Shown here: in pieces, positions 32,401 to 44,800 of the stretch | Layout of the letters: every line of letters starts with the position of its first letter | Numbering within the stretch: the stretch's first letter is position 1 | Program-made: the position numbers and the translations under genes | The notes under the pieces: model-generated | Databases searched by the model: none | What the model was told of the DNA's origin: nothing | The model's input: the letters and a program-made list of their open reading frames with translations, nothing else | NCBI RefSeq assembly: GCF_018350175.1 | Contig: NC_058368.1 | Location: 173,292,001 to 173,356,000 of the forward strand | Source of the DNA: Felis catus | Taxonomy: Eukaryota | Length of the DNA: 64,000 bases | Reading direction: 5' to 3'

Positions 32401-33416
32401 AGATCACAGCACCTGTGATCTACCTGACCCCTCACTGTCCCAGTTAGGCCTCTTGCCTGAACTAAGGCAGCGCATGAGCCTTGGGTCCCTCCCACTCCAT
32501 GTCACAGGCCACTAGAGTAAGCAACTTTCTCTTTCACCTGAATCCTGTACTTGTCTAAGAAAAATAACATCAAGCAGTGCATGCTCAGGCCCAAATGATC
32601 TATGACCTTTTCCACAAGGCACAAGCTCTCTAGTTTGCCCCAGTCCCCGCCACTCCCTATTGCTCTAGCCCAGGCCTGCCTCTTCTAGTTTCTATTGTGT
32701 GCCTGGCTCCCACAGCTGTTTCAGGATGAGGCCAAATGCTTTTGGTTGACATCCCTGAGTCTTCTGGCACAGACAACTCACCAGCCTTTCTGTGCAGAGA
32801 CACCTATTGATCCCTCCTAGGCACCTCCCTCACCACCTCCAGGTCTCGGCCCACAGTCTTCTCTGTCTCAAACACCCCTCCTCCCTCCTTTGCCAGCACT
32901 TTCCTACCTTCTCCTCAGGGCCCAGCTCCGTTGTCACTTCCTCTGGAAAGAGGGGTTCCCACTTCACTCTCCCAGGAAACCACAATATCATTTTGCCCTC
33001 TCTGCATCTATGGCCTGTCCTCACTGGTGCTGTAACTCTTACCGCAAGAGAAACATGTGGGTGGCTAAGGCCTTTGTCTTCAGCCAGCCTATCCATCCCT
33101 GATCCCTGCCGCGCAGCTCAAGGCGCCTAGTGCAGGCATTAGCAACTAGGGACTCAGAGTGGGGTGCCTTTGGCTGCTTCCTTTGGGGCTGTTGAAGCAA
33201 TAAGCATGGATGAATGGCTCTGCCAGGATGGACACACAGGGGCTGCAGGAGGGCTGGCAGGTGCACGTCCCACTGACTATATGGCCCTGGCATACCCTGA
33301 ACCCAAGCCTTCAGTTCTGCAGAGGCTCTGTTTACCGTGCCCCAGCCAAGGACCTCTTACTTGCAGAGGACATGACCCAGCTGCCCTACTGGAATCCAGT
33401 TAGAAAACCTCTTTCA

Positions 33417-33630
33417 GGGGTGCCTGGGTGGCTCAGTTAAGTGGCTGACTCTTGATTTTGGCCCATGTCATGATCTCATGATCTGTGAGACTGAGCCCCT
33501 CGTTGGGCTCAGTGTGGAGTGTGGAGCCTGTGTGGGTGTTTCTCTCTCCCTCTCTCTCTGCCCCTCCCCCACTCATTCTCTCTCCCTCCCCCCCCCCTCA
33601 AAATAAATGAATAAACTTAAAAAAAAAAAA
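33417..33630 (+). mobile_element. Can-SINE (SINEC)
   Basis: GGGGTGCCTGGGTGGCTCAGTT head, CT tract, AAATAAA and A tail; left TSD AAAACCTCTTTCA at 33404-33416. Confidence 0.92.
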
Positions 33631-33639
33631 CCTTTCACT

Positions 33640-34275
33640 GGGAATGCAAGCTGGTGCAGCCACTCTGGAAAACAGTATGGAGGTTCCTCAAAAAACTAAA
33701 AATAGAACTACCCTACGACCCAGCAATTGCACTACTAGGCATTTATCCACGGGATACAGGTGTGCTGTTTCGAAGGGACACATGCACCCCCATGCTTATA
33801 GCAGCACTATCAACAATAGCCAAAGTATGGAAAGAGCCCAAATGTCCCTTGATAGATGAATGGATAAAGATGTGGCATATATATACAGTGGAGTATTACT
33901 CGGCAATCAAAAAGAATGAAATCTTGCCATTTGCAACTACGTGGATGGAACTGGAGGGTATTATGCTAAGTGAAATTAGAGAAAGACAAAAATCATATGA
34001 CTTCACTCATATGAGGACTTTTAAGAGACAAGACAGATGAACATAAGGGAAGGGAAACAAAAATAATACAAAAACAGGGAGGGGGACAAAACAGAAGAGA
34101 CTCATCAATATGGAGACCAAACTGAGGGTTACTGGAGGGGTCGTGGGAGGGGGGATGGGCTAAATGGGTAAGGGGCATTAAGGAGTCTACTCCTGAAATC
34201 ATTGTTTCACTATATGCTAACTAATTTGGATGTAAATTTTTAAAAATAAAAAATAAAAATAAAAAAATTACCATA
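33640..34275 (+). mobile_element. 5'-truncated L1 (carnivore/felid type): ORF2 C-terminus, 3'UTR, A tail
   Basis: ORF 33654..34040 reads QPLWKTVWRFLKKLKIELPYDPAIALLGIYP...WMELEGIMLSEI, typical of the L1 ORF2p end; G-rich 3'UTR; A-rich tail. Confidence 0.95.
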
Positions 34276-36226
34276 AAAAAAACCTCTTTCACTTACTGGC
34301 AGATCCCCAATGGGCTCTGTGTTCAAGGGAATGATGAGATCTTCCTGCATGAACAGGTGGAGGGAGGCAGGAGTGGCAGTGGGGAGATGGATGAGGACGC
34401 GTCCAATAGAGTGGAGCACCGTAGACCTGCCTCACGAGGTGCATCTGGGAACTCCCACCCAGTCTTCAAGTTTCAGCAAATGTGCCATTTCCGCTGGGAC
34501 ACCTTTCTAGATCCATACTCTTTGTCACTTGCCCAAGTGCCCACCCTGTCCCCTGAGCCTCCCTCCAGGGTACATTCAGGATGGGTGGCACACCATGTGT
34601 TTGCTTGGGGCAGGAGCCCAGCATACTGATGGAGTATTTGTTGAGTGACTGCATGACTACCCCTTCTTCCCCCTTGAATTTCAGAAGACCTGCCAAGGGT
34701 GGCCACTTCACTCTTGTCCTGCAGGGAGACCCAGATATTGTGCAGAGTGGCCCACAGGCAGAGGTGTGGGCGGGGAGAGGGCTCCTGCACGGCCACACGC
34801 CAACTTGCTGCTACTCAGAGTCTGAGCCCCCCTTTCTCACTTGCAGTCTGGGATGATAAGACCTGCCCGTGTAACTCTGAGGCCCAGGGTAGGTGTGAAA
34901 GTGCTTTCAAATGTTTTATTTTTAAAAGCACCATGAAAATATGAGGTGTGATTAATCAAGCTATTAATGAACTGGATTTTCTGAGCAAAGGCTCAGTCCC
35001 TGGGGAGGGGGGAGGAGGGGAGGGGGCAGGGTGTCACCTGGCCTCATTCAGCTGGGAGATGGGAGCAGCACGTCCCAAACGCAGCCTTGCCCCTGCTGCC
35101 ACTTGCTCCTTTCATCCTCACACGCTTTCCCTGACAGTCCTGGGGGTCAGACCCACAAGCCCCTGCTTTGTCTACTCTGAGAAATGTTCTGGATTTGATA
35201 TGGGGTAGAGGAAGGAGCTGGGGCCTGGCAGCTTTCTCTTTCTCCAGGCTGAAATTTTCCTGGCAATTCAGCCAGCATTGAGCCCCCTGACGCCTGGGCC
35301 CTGGGCGCTTCTGTTCTCAGAATGCCTTGCCTGGAGATTTGCATTTGGTAGGTCCCCCTGGGGCTTGGGTGTTCCCATTCTATAGGCCCAGGTGGAGAGA
35401 AGAGAGCGCCACAGGCTAACGCACCACGCCCTTCACCTGGCACTGGAGGCCCTGTTGGCCCAGGGCCTGAGCTGCCCACTTGGCCTTGCCTCTAGGGCCT
35501 CCCTCCAAGTGTGCTCCGTGGGATGGCATCTTGACTGTTTGTAGTCCCTCAAGGGCTTGTGCACATTGTGTTCCAGGCTCTGCCTCCCTCCCCTTCTGGC
35601 TAAGAGTACCTGGTTTTCTGTAGAGGATGCTCCCCCCACCCCACTCAGGCCATGTGCTCATTCAGTCCAGGTAGGCTGAGCCCTTATCTGGCCCCAGAAA
35701 TAGGCATACGATGCTGCCTGGTTCGCAGATAGGCAGATCACCCCACCTGAACAGATGGGACTCTGGGATTTGGATTGGACTGCTAGAAAGAGAACCTCTC
35801 TTTCTTCTGGGCCAGTCCTGAAGGCTTTGTAGGTCTATATGCCCGGGTGACTTCTACTCATCCTTCAAGGCCTGTTCAAGTAACCTCCTCCCTTGGGAAG
35901 CTTTCTCTGACACTCACACAGAGTGGGCCACACTTCTTCTGACCTCCCACAGCTCAGCTGAACTTGCCCACCATCTTAAACCTCATATTGTCACCATTTG
36001 TGAGTCTATCTCTCCAATGTCAGCACCTTCAGGGCGGGGACTGAATGGTGACATCCTTTGCACATCCCCCGAGCCGGCCAGGATCTGACACATAGCAAAT
36101 GCCCAGCAGGTGTTTGTTGAACATGTGGTGAACATCATTCCCTGGAATGGGACCAGAGCCCAGAAAGGAGGGCTGAAAGTGGAGGACACACACTCAAATC
36201 TGATGGGAAGCCAGCTCTGCTTGCTC

Positions 36227-36228
<2 letters not shown>

Positions 36229-36259
<31 letters not shown>
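36229..36259. repeat. (CAAT)7 microsatellite
   Basis: Read directly. Confidence 0.95.
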
Positions 36260-37669
36260 CCAAAGAAATGAATGGAAAGGGAACTTGATTTCAGAAGCAT
36301 GAGTGCTGAACCCCAGGGAGGCAGAGAACATGGGCAGCACCCAGGGAAGGCAGGGAGCCAGGGGCCAGGGCCACAGCGGTGGGGCACTGAGGGGTGCACA
36401 CGTGCAGGGGAATGGGGATTTTTGCTCTCCTGCCCATTTGTACCTTTGCAGCCTGAGATTGCTTCGTGAGTTATTATTTTTTAAACATAGGCAATTCTAT
36501 GATGAGGGAGCTTCACCTCTGATAAGCAGGGACAAACTGCACTTGCTGTCAGAGATGCAGAGACAGCTGCAGGAGGTAGGGGGAATGGAGGAATGGTGGG
36601 CCAGAGGCCCCAAGATGACAGATCTGGGAGCCACACAAAGAGCCCTGTGGTTCCAGGCAGCAACTCGGACACACGGACCTGCCTGGAGGTGACAACGGGG
36701 TGCCACAGGGCGAAAGCAAGCTGAGGTATGTGCCCCAGAATTCTTCCAAATCCAACATGTAAAAAACCTCTGTGCTGCCTGTCAGCTGCTTTGGGGGCTC
36801 ATTTGACTGCTGCAGACCTCCCTGCTGCTGTTTCTTAAGCCTCAGTTTCCTCATTTGGGCCACTTCATGCTGACCCTGCACCAGGTTGAGATGGGTTAGT
36901 ACCACCCTGCCTGAGGTCTTGAGGTGCCCACCCATGCCCCTCTTTTTTCCCTTTTCTGCCCCTTGGCCCATCCCTCAATCATCCGTCTCCCTGGCTGCTG
37001 CTTCTCCACCCAACAGCCAGGACTTCCTGGAGGGCAGAGACAGGTCTGGGCCCAGGCTCTTTTGCCCCAGTGCGTGCGTGGTCAGTGAACGGGGGAGGAC
37101 ACAGCTGCAGTCTCTCCGGTCTAGGAGTGTGCACGAGGTGGAAGTAGCAGGGTGGGGGGCTGTTACCCCAACCCACACTCACACGCTTGCGCGGCACTCC
37201 AGTTTCCATGGCAATGAATGCGTGAAGGTGCCACAGAAGCAGCAGCCACCTCCCCAAGATTGGAGGAAAGTCACCCTCTTCCCCAACGGGCTCCAAGGGC
37301 CTGGTCACAAGGACAGACACCGGCGCCACAAGGAGGACATGCAGACGGGCTGAACTGCAAAGAACAAAGCAGGTAGGAGTGGGGGACGGTGCCACTTCAC
37401 CAGTTCAGAGGACACTCGTGCCTAGTGTGGCCAGGCCACGCTGTCCACGGCTGCCGCACACCGGGCTTGTCATCTGGTGGCTGTACTCAGGTGCTTGCTG
37501 CTGGCCCCTCATCTTACAGACAGGGAATGCGAGCTCAGGACTTCCGTAAAGTCATCCAGCGACAAAGGGCTGTGTGGGTTCTCGACAACTCCCAGCCCAG
37601 GCCGGGCACAGGGCAGGGGCTCTGGGCATTTACTGGACCAGGGTCTGGCCCTGTCCACCTCACATCCTC

Positions 37670-38090
37670 TACTCACTCTGTGACCATGCTGACCCTCTCT
37701 GTTTCTCAAACCCTCCAAGCTTATCTCACCACAGGGCCTTTGCACTTGCTCTTTCTTCCACCTGCAACACACTGCCCCTTGCTCTTCTACAGCTGCCCCC
37801 TTGAATCCCTCAGGTCTCAGCTCCAGTGTTACCTCCTTCAAGTTACTGTTTCTGAAGCAGCCCCTCCGAGCCTCCTATCTCTTTCCCAGTCTACTTCCCT
37901 CACAGTGCTCACTGTTATCTGAAGTCATCCTGTTTGTAAACTTGCTTGCTGGTTATTGTTCATGTCCCCTTCCCTGAAATGTTTCATGAGAGCAGGGACC
38001 ACACTTGTCAGGTTCTCTGCTGTAGTACCAGAACCCAGCCCAGGGCCCAATACATAGTAGGTGCTTGATAAACATGTGCTGAATTCAGGA
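37670..38090 (+). mobile_element. L2 3' fragment
   Basis: CAGGGCCTTTGCACTTGCT...TCAGCTCCAGTGTTACCTCC...ACATAGTAGGTGCTTGATAAACATGTGCTGAAT. Confidence 0.75.
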
Positions 38091-38580
38091 ACAAACAAAC
38101 TCAGGTCTTCCAACTCTATCCAGTGCTCACACTTAGTGTCACACTGCTGCCATCACTAAGGTCCCCCAGACACACCCAGGAAGGGGACTTAGAAACTACT
38201 GGGATGCCAAGGGAGGGAGTGCTGTGATGGGGGGGACAGGCTCCCAGGGGCCTCTTCCTAGTGCCCCTTCCTGCCACAGGGCCTTGCTTTGGGCCAGAGA
38301 AATAGTTAATAAAGCTGAGGCCTAAATAAGCATTTGATTAACAAACGATAAAATAGCTATTGTGTCCCTGAATTAAGCTGTAATTGTGGCTGATAATTGG
38401 CTGGTTAGAATTTAATAAGCTGCAATTAAATAGAATGGAATCCAGGGTAATTATGTGGTCGCACAGCCCAGAGAGAACTAGGGAAGGAAGGCTTTCTCTT
38501 ACTATGGAATCTTCTGGTGGTGGAGTGTGTGTTGCTGTGGGAGTGCTTCTGGTTGGGGTGGTGGGTGTGTATGTGTGTGG

Positions 38581-38584
<4 letters not shown>

Positions 38585-38612
<28 letters not shown>
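38585..38612. repeat. (GT)14 microsatellite
   Basis: Read directly. Confidence 0.95.
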
Positions 38613-39711
38613 CTGTGGCAGGTCTCCTCCACCTTTCACTTGGCAGGGGTGGGTGGTGGGCGCAGGCCCAGCCTCCTCACCACCGCTCAGCGGGAGGTCA
38701 GCATACAAGCTCTGAGCCCTACCAGGGCCTACGGCGGCCCTAGCTGGAAGAGACATAACGGGATCCCTGGCATAACGGGATCTCTGGGAGGGAGTCCAGG
38801 AGGGGTCTGGGCAGGCAGGCAGGATGGGGGTTTACCTGTTTTCCCAATGAGGAAACTGGGGCTCAGAGAGGGGAAGGACTGGCTCAAGGTCACTCAGCTA
38901 TCAGTGGCCAGGCTGGGTCAGATTCTCACATTGCCCATGGATCCAGGATAACTCTGGCCAGCAGGCTGAAGGATGCCCCCCCCTTTCCCCTCCCTCCCCA
39001 GCCCCAGCTAGCTCCTGAGTCACCATTCTCCATTTCCATCCATGCCCTTCTCCAGGTAACCATCCAGGCTCAGTTAAGAATTGTGCAATTATTCCACACT
39101 GAAAACAAGGAGCCCCACCCACTCCCATTCCCCTCTCCCTTGGTCTTCCTGCCACCAGCCAGCCCACCTGCCAGAGGCTCTGGTGGCTGCAGAGCTCCCA
39201 GTGGCTCAGCCTCGCATGCCCAGTCCCACCCCCAGCCCAGGTGAGGCCCCCAGCAAGTCTGAGGAAATGATGAATGGCATCAGCGATGCGCCGTTTATGA
39301 CCCCATCAGCATTTTTACAATGTTGCTGGCAATTAATTTAATTAAAGACCCTGTCCCAGATATGGTGGCATTTCATATCTCACTGGTTTAATGCCAGCCT
39401 GGCCAGAGTGGGGGCCAGGGGTGGTGCAGGAGCAGCAATTAGCTCCCTAGCCTGGCTCTGCATAGTGTGCACCAGACAGGGCAGGGCAATTTCAGCCCCT
39501 GGACAGAGCTCAGAGACCAGAGGATGGCCGCACAGAGAAGTGCCCTTGGCCAGTGGGAGATACTACCCACAACCACAGCCAACAAATGCCCACCCACACA
39601 CATGTGCACGTGCACGCACACACTCACTCACACATGCACATACACAGTCTTAGCACAACATGGATTTTTTTATCTAACCCTCATGATAATTCTAGGAGGC
39701 AAAGAACTATT

Positions 39712-39863
39712 AACTATTTTTATTTATTTATTTACTTATTTTTAAGTAGGCTTCACACCCAGCATGGAGCCCAACACAGGGCTTGAACTCACAACTCTGA
39801 GATCAAGACTTGAGCTGAGATCAAGAGTTGGATCCTCAACCAACTGAGCCACCCAGGTGCCCT
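39712..39863 (-). mobile_element. Can-SINE inserted in a MIR remnant
   Basis: Reverse tRNA head ...CTGAGCCACCCAGGTGCCC, (TTTA)n tail; TSD GGCAAAGAACTATT at 39698-39711 and 39864-39877. Confidence 0.9.
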
Positions 39864-41624
39864 GGCAAAGAACTATTTTAAATCTCCAACTTCCAGGCAA
39901 TGAAACCAAGGCAAAGAGAGGTGAAGTCAGTAGTGAGTGATGGGTTCCTACCCAGGCCAGATGGCTGTAGCACCCTAAGCTCTTAATCAGGACATGTGCA
40001 TTCACCAAATATGTGCCGGGCGCAATGCACCAGGCACCGTGTTAGGCACAGGCCACACAGTAGTGCCCAAGACAGACTCGAGTCCTTGACCCAAGGAGTG
40101 GCCAGTGGCCACAGCCCCACCTAGGAAGTCCTAGGCACACAGTGTTCCAGAATCATATTGGCCATGCCTCGTGCTCTGGCATTCATGGGTACACACACAC
40201 TGAGCCTTGTACACACACACGTATAACAGCACTGCCTATCGTCCTTCGGGCTAAATCTGGCTGCGGTGGCCAATGCCGTCACCAGGATGAAAACCCTGTG
40301 GCCACAGGTCGTCAGCCATCCTGTGACCCCATTCTTAGCAGCTGAGTCCATCTGGACTTCTCTTCATAAGGGACCCACAGGAAAATCCAGTCCAGATCCA
40401 GCTGCTCCCAGCAGCAGTGGTATCTGAGCCCCCAACCCAGCTCCTCCTCTGCTCCCCATCCATGTGGCTTGCCCACCTGTGCTCTGCCCTCTCTTGGGGC
40501 TTCTGCTCCCATGGCTTCCCACCAGCCTCCTGACCATGGCTCCCCAACTAGGCTCCCTAGCCCCACTCACTGCTGACAGCTTTCCCTGCGTCTGGATGTC
40601 CCCCAGAACCTCACACCAGGCATGTCCCAAGTCAGGCTCAGGGGCTCCTCCAAACCTTCTGCCCTTAAGCATTGCTCTTAGTCAGCAGGGCTACACCCCC
40701 AAGGAACCTCGGTAGGAGTCTTAGAGCCACCAGGCCCTCTTGCTCCCTGACCTCTTCTAGCCCCCTGAGTGCCACCCCAGGCTTTCTTCCACCCACTCCT
40801 TCCTCTCTCCATTTATGGCTACCCAACTCCTCAGGCCCCCACCCCCTGAGGGTGCCCCAAACTTGCCTTCCCATGACCACCTCCTGGCTTCGGTGCCATC
40901 CTCAACTACACCACACAGTGCTATTTCTAGAAAGAAAATCTGATCCCACACTTCAACCCCCTGAAATAGTTCCCACTGACCACAGGGTAAAGGTCATAAC
41001 CCCACCCCACCCAATGCAGCAGCCTCATCCTGGGCACCAACCCACACCCTGCAGCCAGCTCAGTGAGTCCACAATCCCCTCTCACTGCACACTTGGACCC
41101 TTGCCCTCACTCCGACATCCCCCTGCACCCGCAGGGCACCCCACTCACTCGCAAGGCTCACCAGCCCTGTCAATTCATAATTCGAAGGTGCCACCTTCTC
41201 TTGACACCCCCCACCCCCCAAGCTCCTCTCTGCGGTGGAGATGCATGGCTTGCTCCTCTGGCTTCCTGGCTGGGAGAGCATTATCGACTGACACAGGCTG
41301 CTCGTGCAGCGGCTGCTTCTTCCATCGGACCGTGCACCCTTAAGTGCGCGCACAGATGTGAGCCACCTCTTCTCAGCAGTGTCCACCTCAGGGACTGGCA
41401 AGCTGGGGGTCAGTAACTGGGCTGAGGTGAAGCATCCCCCTTACTGACTTCAAGCTCTGGGCTGGGAACCATGTCATTTATATCCCTGCCAGTGACCGGC
41501 CCAATGCACATACTTGCTGAGAGCAGGGCACAGAGACCTCAGTTGGGCATCAAAAGACTGGGTCTCCAGTCCTCAACAAGGCTATGAAGTCCTGGGCAGG
41601 TCACTGCCCCTCTGAGCCTTGGAA

Positions 41625-41850
41625 GGGTCACGGGTGGCAAACTCAGGTGTCTTCAGGGGCCGGGTGGGAGCCAGAAGTGAACAGTAAAGATGCCCGTCCA
41701 AGGGGTCAGTGCAACCCAGCCAGCTGCTACTACACTTTCTTTGAAGAGAAGCTGGAAATCCATTTTTATGTGAAATTTCCTGTTTTAAAATGTTGACAAC
41801 TAATTTAAACATTTAAACACCTTGTGGGCCAAGCAAGTTGGCCGGCCAAA
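41625..41850. mobile_element. Probable old hAT DNA-transposon remnant (MER103-like)
   Basis: AAGAGAAGCTGGAAATCCATTTTTATGTGAAAT...AAATGTTGACAACTAATT; a related copy sits at ~61770-61840; family name from recall. Confidence 0.5.
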
Positions 41851-44800
41851 GATAGACTGGATGATGTCCAAGGTCTCCTCCAACTTTACAGATCTAAGAA
41901 CCGGGGTCACAGCAGGGTGAGCCTCCCCCCCCCCTACCAGTCACTGCTCTGCCCCTCTGGTATCCTGCTTCTCCCTGACTCTTCCCACCCTTGCCGGCAC
42001 CCCACCATCCTGCCTCCTCCCTAGGATCTCTCCTCATCATGGCCTCCTGAAGGAAGTCCCCCCAAGTTCTGGGCAGCAAGAGTCATCTGTCTAGCACCCC
42101 AGGTGGCTGGGATTTAATTGTGGGCACAAGCATCCTCCCTTGCTTGAGGCCTGCAGGCACTGCCCCTTTCCTAGAGGCCGAGAGTTGCAGAAAGGGCGGA
42201 GAGATGCTCTCTGCTTGGTAAAGCAGAGGGGGTCAGGAGGGGCCAACAGCAGGTTAGGGGCTGCCCTGCCTTGCTTGCCTTGGGTCTGGTCCTCAGATTC
42301 TGACCCCCGGAGAGCCAGAGAAGGCTGCTGAAGACAGAGACACAGGTAGAACTGGGGCAGGCATCCACAGAGGAAACCCCCTGCGACGACCCCCCCCCCA
42401 ATTCTGGGTGGGTAGGAGCCCAGCCTGGCTGTGAACTTCCAGCTGGGAAGAGGGTGTCTGGCTGCGCCCATCATACCCCTGATGAGACAGTAATGAGCCC
42501 TCACCCCATTTTAATTACCCGCTGTCCAAATAATTACCAGCTTGTTTATTTTACTTAATGGCAGCCGTACTTTTTTCTCCTAATATTGATTTCATGTTTT
42601 CCTGGTTTGTTCATTATCTTTCCTGCCCCTTTAATGGGCTATGAGATCTTTCGGGGGAGGAGGGGGCGAGGACTAGAGGAAGATAGGGGAGAGGGTATGA
42701 GTGAACATGGAGGAAGGAGAGACTGGTGGCCTGGGCCTTGCTGTGCAGCTTGAGGCAAGCCACTGCCCTCTCTGGGCCTCACGTCCCCAAACCCCAGATC
42801 CCTGCACACTCTCTCATCCTCGATGCAATCAGGGTGGAGCATTTAAAAATGAAAGACAGGAAGGGAAGGACAGCAGGAGAGAGAGAAGCTGGCCCACTCT
42901 TTCCCCTAAAGGGATGGGAAGACTCAGACAAGTGTGAGGGTAGGAGGGATATGGGGGAGGGTTGGGAGTGGGTGGAGCTACACTAATGCCAGAATGAGGT
43001 GGGAAGGGCGTGCTCCTGGAAACCAGCCTGGAGGAGGCTGCAGGTCAGTGGGGGTGTGTGGAGGGACTCATGGGCAGCCTCCTCATCATCGAGTCCTCCA
43101 GGTCTCGTTGGGAAGGGAGAGAAAGCCTCCACCCTCATGAAGCCTAGCCCCTCCCTGGGCCTGACCTTGGTCCTTGGCCTCCACCTCACCTGTCTGCCAT
43201 AGCCATGGAAACATGGGTGATGCTATGATGTCATCATTTCTCTGGTTGGGGGTGGGGGGCAATAAGGAGAGATAGGGGCAAAGGGGGAGGGGAGGGCAGG
43301 GGCCTCTGTGGGTGAAGATTTAGAGCCTCTTGAAGGGGTCATTAGCTCTTAATAAATCACTAATAATTGCATGAATATTTAAATCTTAATAAAAAAATAC
43401 AGTGGGCCCAGCGAGTCTCCCTGTGTGGGTATTTATTGCTCTCAGGCTGGAATATATAAAAGTTGGTATCGGTCTGATTGAACTGCTGTTATCGCCACAG
43501 CTAAATGGGTAATTGGGAGTGAGAGACGCTATCTGCAGATATAAATTACATACAGTAAACCGAGGGCATTAACTGAGGGTTTATTATCAATTATCTCTGC
43601 GCTTGTTCCCCTTAAAACGAACTTTAAGTATATTAATGAGAAATTTACAGGTCTTAATGAATTGAGGGAAGCTAAAGGCTGCTGAGGGTCTCCCACCTCA
43701 GCTCCTGTTCCCTGGTGGGGGCCCGCACCCAAGGGGGGCCCTGGAAGAAGACTCATGGGTCAGCATGCTGGTCCACACACACCAGCCCTCCTGCTTGGAC
43801 CGGCTGGGACAGAAAGCAGGTCAGTCCCTGGGGTGCACGGTGCCCCTCTCCCAAACCCCTTCCCAGAGAAAGGTGCTGGGTGTGAATGGGGAGGTTTCAT
43901 CCAGCAAAGACCCAACCAGGGCTTGGTCCTCTGTTGTGTGCACACGCTTAGAGCCCAACTTCAGCTTGATGTACACAAGGCAGACCTTCATCTGCCCCTG
44001 AACCTGTATGCAGGTGCTGCCATTTGAGCTGCATGAATGGAGCATGAGGGGATGGGGGGCCGGGAGGGGACACGGGGTGGGTGTGGGTGGGGTGCAGGTG
44101 GGAGTGGGGTGTGCACTTGTGTAGCGTTTGCATCCACCCTGCTTCCCCTCCAGGCCCTGCTGAGATGTGCTCACAGCCCACAGGCCTGCTGGCTTCAAGG
44201 TCAGCATGACCTCCTTCTGGGCCAATTCACCAGCCAGCAGTCTTGGCTCCCTCTGGGGCCTCCACACCAGGAATGTGCTGCCCTCCCGGGCATCCTCAGG
44301 CCCTGCCTGGTCCTGGGTAATGGCCTGAATTTACCATGGAGGAAAAAACCCAGGCCCCTCTCTCAGGAGCTCACTCACTTATGGGAGACGGGCATTGGCT
44401 AGGTGTCAGAGCAGTAAGTCCATGATTATAACCCATAGTCAGAATTCTGTCAGAGAAGCACTGGTGGTCTGAGAACACCTTGATCTGAGGTATCCAGGGC
44501 TTGATCTGAGGCATCCAGGAAGGCTTCCTGGAGGCAGGGTTACTGAGCTATGTAAAATGCCTCAAAGGCCCAAGGGTCTCCAAGGATGCTCAACTCTCCT
44601 CCCTTAAGGACAAGAAAAATTCTTGTTTAACCCTTTTCCCCTCTCCAGCCTAGGTCTCTTCTCTCTCTTGCCCTCAGGGCCTAGTTCTGTCCTCCATCCT
44701 GTTCCTGACTCAGCCACAACAATCTGGCTTCCTCCTCCACCTCTCCACTGAAACCCTTTCTCCATTTGCCAATGACTCCTCTATCTGATTCAGGAGCTCT

